From NCBI GenBank assembly GCA_030264375.1, contig JASCQW010000099.1, positions 16,231,364 through 16,295,363 on the forward strand: 64,000 bases of DNA, in the 5' to 3' direction. The notes under the pieces were generated by a model. The model searched no databases, was not told where the DNA came from, and saw only the letters and a list, made by a program, of their open reading frames with translations. The stretch's first letter is position 1; the number at the start of each line of letters is the position of its first letter. Positions 40,165 to 50,560 of this stretch are shown piece by piece. This stretch comes from Carcharhinus longimanus. Its lineage: Eukaryota. Position numbers and translations under genes: made by a program.

Positions 40165-40510
40165 CTAGATTTTCAAAAGGCTTTTGATAAGGTGCCTCAT
40201 AAAAGGTTGCTACAGAAGGTTAGGGTGCACAGAGTTGGGGGTAAGGTGTTAACGTGGATAGAGGATTGGCTGTCTAATAGGAAGCAGAGAGTTGGTATCA
40301 ATGGGTGCTATTCTGATTGGCGGTTGGTGNNNNNNNNNNNNNNNNNNNNNNNNNNNNNNNNNNNNNNNNNNNNNNNNNNNNNNNNNNNNNNNNNNNNNNN
40401 NNNNNNNNNNNNNNNNNNNNNNNNNNNNNCAGCCATGATCTTACTGAATGGTGGAGCAGGCTCAAAGGGCTAGATGGCCTACTCCTGCTCCTATTTCTTA
40501 TGTTCTTATT
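40165..40510 (+). mobile_element. Relatively young CR1 copy, collapsed across a gap
   Basis: Intact LDFQKAFDKVPHKRLL...WIEDWLSNRKQRVGING before the gap and a CR1 tail after it. Confidence 0.9.
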
Positions 40511-42149
40511 TCCTATAAAAGGTCTATCTCAACCACAATGGAACCACAGATGTTAGCCACCATTGATGAGCTGAATGGTCTTTATGCACTGAACATTTCT
40601 ATGGTACCAGCTGTGACCAATATCCCCAGAATTTCCTAGCTTGGATCAATATAATTCCCTCGTCAAAGTGTGTAGGATTTTTGCATAATTTTGGACACCT
40701 GTCCATTCTTTTAACACTTAAAATCAAGAATACTCACAGGAAATGTATTTATTACCCCAAGTGTAAGTCAAATTACATCTTTCCAGACATGTAGTATTTT
40801 TTGAAAATCACTTGAAAGCTAAAGGAAGATTAACTTGAAAGCCTTTAAGCTGAAACTTCAGTGACACAGAATTTGCAAATCTGTACTCTGTTTATATTTA
40901 GAAATCTAAGACACTTTCAGCTGTGGTGCTTAAAGGAAACAATTTTTCAAGAACTCATTTCAATGTCACTGGAAAGTGAAGTCTGAAGACACTTCTTTCA
41001 AAATTCTTGCACTGCTGCTGTGCATCTCACTTCTACTTCTACAATCCAATTGCAAAATTCTCAGAATTATCCCCTCATTGTTGCCAAACAAAGAATCTGC
41101 TCTCAGTGCTACCAGACTGCAGGATGTCACTTTGTAACTGAATACGAAATACCTCTCCAAATGTTGTAAATTCTCATTCTGCATTATACAAAACCCCAGG
41201 TCACCAAACCCCTGACAACATTCTGCAATTCCACAACTACCCACTCCATGCCCCCAAGGTGCTGGCTTTTGCCAGTGACGACTCTGGCCGCAGTCAGCTT
41301 CATGGATTGAAGTCCCATTCCAGAGGTTAACACCATAATGCAATACCTTCTCAGGTAGACAACAAAAAAACTCATGACACTATCTGAAGCATAACAGGAG
41401 TTCTTGCTGAAGTCCTGGCCAATATTTAACTCTCAATGAACACCACTAGACAGATGATTTCATCAACTCATTGCTTTGTGTGGGAGCTTGCTGAGCACAA
41501 ATTAGCTGATGATGTGTTTCTTGCAATGGTACAGATATTCAAAAGTTAATTGGTTGCAAAGCACTTTAACACATCCTGAGTTCTTAAAAGGCATTGTATA
41601 AACTCAAGTTTACGTTCTCCCAAATCCCAGGAAACAAATTCCTCCCTTCTGCTAAATCCCCTAACCATCAAAGGTGTTCTAGGTTCCAGGACTCCTCAAT
41701 AACAATGTCAAAACTTCAGAGTCCCCTTTTCATTCTGCTAAGTATTAGAACCGCCAGCACAGTCCAGTCAAACCTTTAGAATTCCACTCCAAGGCCTCCA
41801 AATTCTAAATACTCGATCATACAAAACTAAACACTTCCCTTTCTATATCCACCAATTACACAACTAACTTGAAAATGGTGCATGCTGTCCATCAAGTTAC
41901 TGTATTTCCTGAGCTTCATCAAAAGATAAATGGATAAAATCAAATACATAATGAAAGAAACACTTATTCATGAAGTCACAAATGTAGTTTGCACAGAGCA
42001 ATGGACACTTGGATTTTCAGATTCTCAAGCTGACTTGGGTGGTATTAGAGTCTATGAGTAATCCAAGGAGATAGGTACTTTCATCTGGTTTTGGTTCGGT
42101 TTGGTTTGGTTCAGTCCAACGTATAGAGTTTAAAATCTAGTTGCCATCC

Positions 42150-42440
42150 AGGGGAGATGGTGGAAATGTGACTGGACTGGTATTCCAGAGGCCCAGGCCA
42201 ATGTTCTGGGGTTCAAATCCTATCACAGCAGTTGGTGGAATTTAAATTCATAATCTGGAATTGGAAAGCATGTCTCAGTAATTGTTGGCAAAATATATCA
42301 AAAACATGCAGCTCACCAATGTCCTTATCTTACATGTGATTCAGAACAATAATGATTTGGTTGATACACAATTGCGCTCTGAAATGGTGTGGAATGCCAC
42401 TCAATTCAAAGGCAATTAGGGATGGGCAAAGAATAAAAAA
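42150..42440 (+). mobile_element. tRNA-derived SINE sharing its tail with the 21140-22800 LINE family
   Basis: GGGTTCAAATCC B-box and GGCAATTAGGGATGGGCA tail; related copies near 50700-50860 and 63360-63680. Confidence 0.6.
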
Positions 42441-43109
42441 AATCCAAATATTTTGATTGTTTGTGTCTCCAAGGTTTCTGACTTGAGAAAGTAACCAAAC
42501 CAATTATTTCAGATAATAGCAACTGCATGCGATTTGCTTTATTTTGTAGTTACCAGTTAACTTTTGAATCTGGCAGGGAATTTGGCAAAGCTAAGAAGCT
42601 GGAGTTTTCAGGAACATTTAATGCATTAAGCAGAGCTGTTCTGAGTAAAGTTCACAAAATTAGTTTGAAACTTTCACAAGCTAGGTCAGCCTTGCTTAGT
42701 TCCCACAATGGCACAAAACAGATGGTAAAAGCCCACTAAGTACTATGAAGAACATTAAAGCTGGTCATTGATTCATGGCCACGAATACGGCTATGCACAA
42801 ATTATGACTGATATCCCCTTTCAGTTGTTCACCAGCCTGCTTTTCAAGAGGGGATCGTTCCACAAGTTGTAAGGTCAAGTAAAGTACACTTTCAACGTGC
42901 AGCTTCAGAATTTATAAATTGGGCTCCAAAATAAACCATTATTTCAACATGTATAATGCCTATGAAAAAGTATTTCATATCTTAAAGGAATATCATCCCT
43001 ATTAAAAGCTAGTAAATAGTTCACATTAATGAACACTTCAATACTCCGAATTAAGATACATTAATTATTTATGCTGCAAAGCCCCCAGTCCGCTGAAATC
43101 AATGAGCAA

Positions 43110-44110
43110 CAATAACTTATATTTATATAATGTAACAAAATTGCTCGAGGTGCTTCATAGGAGGAGCATGATAGAACATAATAGGACACTGAGCCACATT
43201 CAGAGACATTAAATCAAATGACCAAAAGCTTAGTCAAAGTTGTAAGCTTTCAGGGGTGCAGTTATGTTGGAAGGTTGTAGGGCTGTACATGATTAAACAG
43301 AGAGAGGAGGAGGAGGCGGCAGCAGCAGAGAGACCTGAAGGGATTTCAAAAACCAGGATGAAAATTTTGAAATTGAGGTGCTGCTTGAATAGGAGCTCAT
43401 TTAAATGTGAGCACAAGGGTGATGGTGAAGATATGTGCAGCAGAATTTTAGATGACAGCAAGTTTATGGAGGGCACAACGTAAGAGAGAGCAGCTGTGAT
43501 GGACTGAAATAATGATGTGGATATGCCGGCATTGGACTGGGGTAAACACAGTAAAAAGTCTGACAACACCAGGTTTAAGTCCAACTGNNNNNNNNNNNNN
43601 NNNNNNNNNNNNNNNNNNNNNNNNNNNNNNNNNNNNNNNNNNNNNNNNNNNNNNNNNNNNNNNNNNNNNNNNNNNNNNNNNNNNNNNCACCTGACGAAGG
43701 GGGGTAACCTCGAAAGCTAGGGAGTTTACTATCCAATAAATCGGTTGGACTTAAACCTGGTGTTGTCAGACTTTTTACCATGGACTGAAATAGTCAGGTC
43801 TAGAGGGATACAAAGGTAAGGACAAGTCCATGAGGAGCAGACAATAGTGGGGACAAAATAGGGCAATTTTATGAATGTGGAAATTGTTCGTATTAATGAC
43901 GGAATGACAGCTCATCTCAGGATCAAATGTGACATCAACATTGCAAACAGACTGGTTTAGACTTGACAAGTGGCGAATGGAGGGGAATAAGTCAGGACTC
44001 AGGAAATGAAGCTATAAGTAAGTATTCCCAATAGTTAATTGGAGGAAATTTCTGTTCATCCACTAGTGAATGTTGAACAGTCTGATAATTTAACAACTGC
44101 AAAGACGACA
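43110..44110 (-). mobile_element. Decayed L2 fragment interrupted by a Penelope-derived insert
   Basis: Resembles 31920-32780 and continues on both sides of 43512-43779. Confidence 0.6.
43512..43779. mobile_element. Penelope-like element with inverted terminal (pLTR) segments; interior in a gap
   Basis: Perfect 35-bp inverted repeat (43551-43585 / 43744-43778), 13-bp target duplication ATGGACTGAAATA (43499-43511 / 43780-43792), and a CTGACGA...GAAA hammerhead-like motif. Confidence 0.75.
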
Positions 44111-44819
44111 AGAAAGGTGATGAGGTAAAACAACAGACAGTTAATGGGTGCTGGCTTTACTTCTTCTTCTCCAGACTAAGATACTGTTAACCTAAAAGCA
44201 ATATCTCAAGAAGGCCAGCTGTTGTTTCTTAGTCCAGACAAACATCCATGACCTCAATCTATTAAAGAGACAAGGTTACTTGACATACCATTTCCTCTGG
44301 CTAACCACGAGCAATTCCATGGGAGATTCACTACCATTACATATCTAACGCATTTGAGAAGTTTGTTAAAAAAAGCTAAACATGATGATATATTGAGGTC
44401 TGGCCAGAGATGCAGAGTCCCACTATTCTCACGTGACAAATCATTTCACAATTTATACAAGAAATACTACAACTTACCACCACTGAGGAGATATCTGCCA
44501 CTGATATCCTGAGTGTAAGAGTGGAGACAGAATATAATTATTCAGTCTCTACTTAGATAATTTATTTACCTGTGAGGACTAAGACTTGCATAAATACCCA
44601 GAAAATAGTGCATTTTAGTAATTTTGACTGTTTACATTCCAGTTCTATTGATTATTGACACTATAAATAATTAACGGAGTTTTCAGCATTTCTCACGGTG
44701 AGACAGGGGTATGTTTTATAATGAATGGAATATCTGTGGTCCAGTGAAAAATGCATTATTTTGGTGTTATATTACTCAGTAAAAAATTATAACGAATAGC
44801 AGGTAAAAATAATTGCATA

Positions 44820-45710
44820 TAGAATTTTAAAAATGCTACAATTCTAAAGGGAATCCAGGAACAAGGGAACCTGCTCAAATCAGTGAAGTTGGCAGGACAT
44901 GTTGAGAAAGCGATCAATGAAGCATATGGGATTTGGGGCTTTATAAATAGGAGCACAGTGTTAGATAAAAGTAAGGAAGTTGTGATGAATCATAAAACAC
45001 TGGTTCTGCCTCAACTGAAATACTGTGTCCCATTCTGAGCACTACACTTTAGGAAGGAAATATTGTAAAAGTATTTGAGAGGGTGGAGAGAAAAAAAGGC
45101 TTACAAGAGCAGCTCCAGGGATACGGGGCATCAGCTGCATGGTAGATCGGAGAAACTGGGGCTGCTCTCAGAAGATTGAANNNNNNNNNNNNNNNNNNNN
45201 NNNNNNNNNNNNNNNNNNNNNNNNNNNNNNNNNNNNNNNNNNNNNNNNNNNNNNNNNNNNNNNNNNNNNNNNNNNNNNNNAAAAAAGGCTTAAAAGAGCA
45301 GCTACAGGGATAAGGTGAATCAGCTTCATGGTAGATCGGAGAAACTGTGTCTGCTCTCAGAAGATTGAAAGATTTGGTAGATATTCAAAATCATGATGGG
45401 AGAAACTGTTCCTGTTTGTGTGGATGTTGGAAACGCAGAATATTCTGATTTAAGATGATTGGCAAAAAAAGTAATGGCAGCATGAGGAAAAACATTGCAC
45501 AAGTGGTAAGGATCTGGAACGTACGAAATGTGCAGTGGAAGCAGATTCAAGCAAAGCTTTTAAAAGAGAATTGGACCATATTTTGAAGAGAAAGGAATTG
45601 CAGGGCTATGGGAGATGTGGCAGAGTGCAACACGAGTTGCTCTTAGAGAGCCAGCATAGACAAAACAGGCCAAATGGTTTCCTTCTGCACTGTAACCATT
45701 CTATGGATCC
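44820..45710 (+). mobile_element. Decayed CR1 3' fragment
   Basis: AYGIWGFINR.. and PQLKYCVPF-like remnants plus tail CCTTCTGCACTGTAACCATTCTATG. Confidence 0.7.
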
Positions 45711-45829
45711 AAAATAATGAGATCAATTATACAAAGATGATTCTCTTTTAGTTTGATCAAATTTGTAAGCTTAATAAATTACATACAAAATATTACACTA
45801 TTTACTAAAATCTCCTGTGGCATTGCATA

Positions 45830-46510
45830 GTGGAGTCAAAATGACGTATTTTTGGATGTTGACCAAGACCATTTAAACTTCGGTGTTTTAATTGACACTT
45901 AGCTGAGTTTCTGACCACTCATCATCTCTATTATTAAGACAGCCTACTTCCAAGTCTATGACAGCCCGTTCCTGTCCCACCTTGGTCCATCTACTGTTGA
46001 AACACTAATCCTTTTGCTAACTCCCAACTCAACTATTTCAGTCCTCTGCTGGTCAGCCTCCCATCTTCTATTAACTCGAGCTCATCCAAAGTTTTGCTGT
46101 CTATATCCTGACTCATAATAAGTCTGGCTTCTGTTGACCTACATTGGTTCCCAGTCTAACAATAAGTATCACCAGTTTTGGAATTCATATCCTTGTGATC
46201 AAATCCTACATTAGTCATACCCTTCACCGTCTATGTAACCTCTTCCAGCCATACAATTGTCTGATGGGCTCTTAAGTATCTAGATTTCCGTTGCCCATCC
46301 ATCGATGGCTTAGTCTTCAACTGCCTATGCTCTAAGCTGGTATTCCCTTTCAAAACATCTTTGTATTTCTACCCCTCTCGCATTTGTGATGATCTTTAAA
46401 AGCTACCTCTTTGATCAGGCTTTCCGTTACCCAAGTGACCACCTTATGTGGCTCAGTGTCAATTAGCAGCTTTGGTCATTTTATTAGGTTGAAGTTGCTA
46501 AACAGAAAGT
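45830..46510 (+). mobile_element. Decayed L2 3' fragment
   Basis: Reverse-orientation relative of 31920-32780 (CTCATCCAAAG..., ACATTGGTTCCCAGT, CTTTGATCAGGCTTT). Confidence 0.65.
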
Positions 46511-46949
46511 TGTTATTTTGCTAAAATTGGTTCCCAGCTGATGACAAAGAATTGGCTGGAGGACTGGAGAAATGCTGGAGGCGATTGGAGCAGCTTTCAG
46601 AACACAATGGATCTCTATGTGGAACGTGGTTCTGCACATGCAATGGACAGTTGAGGAGGGCGAGAGAAAATTTGGTATAGAAGCTCAGCATGGAAGGATG
46701 TAGTGGCCCTTCATAAGCAAACTAGGAGTGAGACTTCTGGTAGATTAGCTGGTATCAGAATAAAAATCAGATGACGTCACTTCAGAACAGAAAAGGTGAA
46801 TTGTATACTTAATTAAGAATTAACTTTTCATATGTGTAAAAACCTGATAAAATATGTACTTTGAACATTATAAATTTCTTACTAAGAATATCAAGCAAAT
46901 AGAATAAAGGATGAGAGAATATGTTCCTTGACTGAGTTGAGTTCCTCAA

Positions 46950-47197
46950 CAGATGTGTGGAGTATAGGGCTAACGGGAGGACTTTGAATAGTGTGGATGA
47001 ACAGAGGGATCTAGGTGTGTGTGNNNNNNNNNNNNNNNNNNNNNNNNNNNNNNNNNNNNNNNNNNNNNNNNNNNNNNNNNNNNNNNNNNNNNNNNNNNNN
47101 NNNNNNNNNNNNNNNNNNNNNNNGTAACTGGTCGGCGCAACATCGTGGGCCGAAGGGCCTGTTCTGCGCTGTAATGTTCTATGTTCTATGTTCTATG
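46950..47197 (+). mobile_element. Young CR1 copy collapsed across a gap, with (TTCTATG)n tail
   Basis: GAACAGAGGGATCTAGGTGTG before the gap; GGGCCGAAGGGCCTGTTCTG...TTCTATGTTCTATGTTCTATG after it. Confidence 0.8.
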
Positions 47198-47957
47198 AGT
47201 CATTTAAATGGCCTCCATCTAGATTCTATCTTTATGTATGAACAAGTTTGAAATCAACAAGTCAAGGGGAAAATAAATTGGCTGAAGCCAAATGTTTTAT
47301 ATGACCAAATGAAGGAAAATAATTCAGATAGTTATATATCTAGATACATGTATAAATGTGAATGGTTTAAGTGAGATTTTATTGAACTAGAACATTACAA
47401 GGACTGGCTGATGTGCAATATGATTTTAAAATCCTCCAATCTGTGACAACATTTTCAATTTTAAACCCACATTTAGTGGAAACTGCTAATGTAAACTTGC
47501 CAAGTTTTGATTACATCCTCCCCAGCAATGCAGCCCCATTACGTGAGAGCAAATGTTGTACAATATGGTGTGTTTACATCAACAGTTTTTAAATATGGAT
47601 TATGGACATAGCAACTTATGACCAACATAAAAAAATGGACTGTACTAACACAAGATGAGAACTGAATTATATCTATCTGTGCGCCCTGGTTCAATTATCT
47701 CCCATCCTCTAACCCACCTGAGCTCACGACTGCACTTGGTCTGACTCCCTGAATGCAATGCCAAGAGAGATCAACCAGCATAGATTTATATTACAGTTTG
47801 AACACTAAGTGCCACATATTCTGTTACAGCTTTCCAATAGACATATGGCTACTCACTGGGAAGCAGGAACTGCTCTTCTGTTACCGGTATTTAACAATTT
47901 GGTCGCACTGATAATTTTCATTTCTTGCAATAATCAGTGCCGTGAACCATATGGGCT

Positions 47958-48245
47958 GCACGGTGGCACAGTAGTTGGCACTGCTGCCTCACAGCACCTG
48001 GGACCTGGGTTTGATTCCCAGCTTGGGTCACTGTCTGTGCAGAATCTGCACGTTCTCCCCGTATCAGCATGGGTTTCCTCCGGGTGCTCCGGTTTCCTCC
48101 CAGTCTGACAGACGTGCTGGTTAGGTGCACTGGCCATGCTAAATTCTCCCTCAGTGTATCCAAACAGTGTGGTGACTAGGGGATTTTCACGGTAACTTCA
48201 TTGCATTGTTAATGTAAGCCTACTTGTGACTTTAATAAATAAAAT
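47958..48245 (+). mobile_element. Full-length V-SINE with non-CR1 tail
   Basis: GCACGGTGGCACAGTAGTTGG A-box, GGTTTGATTCC B-box, GGTTTCCTCCGGGTGCTCCGGTTTCCTCCC V core, AATAAATAAA end. Confidence 0.9.
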
Positions 48246-48804
48246 TAAAAAAACAGTTTCTACCAGAGAGATCCTCTCAGTGGAAGTCAATCACCTCGTC
48301 TGAAAAGGGGCAAACCACCAAATAAGAAGCAAAAATATCATCTACCACTTGACTGATTTAAAACTGAACTAAAATAGACACATTTAAAGATGTTATACCA
48401 TTTGAATCGTTAGGAAAACATTCAATTATATGCTAATAAATTGTTTCACAACTGTTGTATAGGATTGCGTTCTATCAGGTACCTGTAAAGTCATCTGTCT
48501 ATACATATCCTATAAAAAAAACTAACATCTTCATTAATATAATTATTTTGATTTAAAAAGCAAGATCTGGGAGATAAAGCAATTAAAATAGTTCATCTGT
48601 AGTTCAGTCTGAGATTACAGCGATCCCTACTGAATAAAAAGTGATCAATCACAATCATGCACTGCGTTCCCAGATCAGAAACAGCCCAAAGCACAGTGTT
48701 GATTAGAAAAGCCACCAAGCAAGGTGCTTTGATTATCTGTTTGCATTTTGGTTAGTGCTTCAGAAAGAAAGGCATTAGCAAAGTATGGAATTGACACATC
48801 ATAC

Positions 48805-48852
48805 CTATATCAGATACTACGGTCTTGGAAAACTTTCTGCTTTTGTTTTTCA
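48805..48852 (-). CDS. STXBP5: STXBP5 alternative exon, 48 nt: VKNKSRKFSKTVVSDI (second part of the b-tomosyn insert)
   Basis: Acceptor TGCTTTTCCAG, donor GTATGA, phase 1-1; matches VKTKSRKFSKMVANDI; 101-nt intron from the previous exon. Confidence 0.9.
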
Positions 48853-48953
48853 CTGGAAAAGCATAATGTTTTATATGTAAATCAAAAGAAAAATACTGAA
48901 ACAGAAGAAAAATCTGAAAACTGAAATGATATTGTACCATAATAATACTGTAC

Positions 48954-49013
48954 CCCTTTCTATAAAGTTAGGCATTTTTTGTTCATCTTCAGAATTGCAT
49001 GAAGAGGTAGAAC
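48954..49013 (-). CDS. STXBP5: STXBP5 alternative exon, 60 nt: GSTSSCNSEDEQKMPNFIER (first part of the b-tomosyn insert)
   Basis: Acceptor TTCCCGTGTAG, donor GTACAG, phase 1-1; matches GSSSPHNSDDEQKMNNFIEK. Confidence 0.9.
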
Positions 49014-50339
49014 CTACACGGGAATACATTGACAATATATTAAATAAAAAAAGCACAAACATTTAATCTTCCTCCAACTTAATCTAGGTTTAAATATGCA
49101 AATGTGCTTTATTTCATTCAGCCCCATGTTAAGACACTCTAATGAGATGCCCATGTTTCTGCAAACAAGGACACACTTCAGCAATTCAGAAACAACCATC
49201 TCCCCACCCCTGCACCGTTCTGTCTCTCTCCCCACATCAAAGGCAATCTGACTGTACCATGCACATTTTTAGAACTTACTTTAAGCATTAGCATAAGCCA
49301 CTTCCAATCCAGTCACCTAACATTCAGGTAAATTACCCCTCAAATAATCATGCATTTTTATTGCAAAAAAAAACCCAAACATTTCTCTGAAGGGTGAGTC
49401 TATTCAGAACATTTGGTCTTTTATCAGCTTCTTCCATTTTAGTTGGGGTTGCTACAATGCCAGTTGATTACCCTTCTCCATTTCCTTCCATCAATCACCC
49501 ATTCTTCTTCCAGTCTGTTGTGTTTAAGTCTCCTGCCACTGTATTCTTCCATCTGCTCTCAGGTTTTCCTCCTTTCTGTTTGTCTCATCTCCATCACGGA
49601 TCTCACAACATGTCTTCCCTCTCTCTGCAGTGTACGATTATACCATTTCAATCTCCTCTTGGCTACTTTCTTTGTTACTTCCATAATCTTTACTAATCCA
49701 TTGATGTGCTGGTTCCTGATCTCTGCTTTTTCGTTAGAACATTTAATTACAAGCTAATCTCATTAAAATGTAACAAAAGAAGCTGTGTTATGCCTTTAAG
49801 ATTAGATCAAGATGTGGGGGACACAAACACTCCTCTCCTGAATGAACTGACTCCTTGTTCATTACAGTCCAGTAGGACCCACCTACTAGCTCATCCATTT
49901 GCTCATCATTCATCTGGGAGACTCAACAGTGAGATCCACCAACAGCAAGTGCCCTTTGATTATGAGGGATGTCAGCCACCANNNNNNNNNNCAGCTTGAT
50001 TCTTCCTTGGCATGATATCTTCACACAAATATCCCCATCAGAGGATGATGACTAACAATCAGAGGGCCATGAGGTTCATTAACTCAACACTGTGAGAATC
50101 AAACCTGCAACCCTTGTGATCTAAGTGGTGAGCTGTCTTAATCAGCTGAGAAACAAGAGAGATGCTCTGTAAATCTAATTATTCTTTGAAGGAATACCAT
50201 TCACATTAATTTGCTGACTAAAGCCAATATTTTTTTCTAAATAGAAAGCCTCCCTCTGCTACTACTTGCATCAGAAGCAATGGGTGAACATCCTCAAAGT
50301 ACCCAATACACTGACTATGTTGAGTTATATTCAATATAC

Positions 50340-50560
50340 TCAGAGTAGCAGGTGCCTGGAACTCATTGTTGGGGGAGGTAGTGGAAGTGGATACTGTAGT
50401 GACTTTTAAGGGGTGTCTTGACAAGTACATGAATAGGGTGGGAATAGAGTGATATGGTCCCCGGAGGGGTAGGGGGTTTTTAGTTAAGTTGGGCAGCATG
50501 ATTGGTGCAGGTTTGGAGGGCCGAAGGGCCTGTTCTTGTGCTGTAATTTTCTTTGTTCTA
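50340..50560 (+). mobile_element. CR1 3' end fragment
   Basis: GGTGCCTGGAACTC...GGAGGGCCGAAGGGCCTGTTCTTGTGCTGTA. Confidence 0.8.

Noticed and set aside
47958-48030. tRNA-like A and B boxes (here and in other SINE heads)
   Set aside because: They are SINE heads continuing into V-domain sequence, not tRNA genes.
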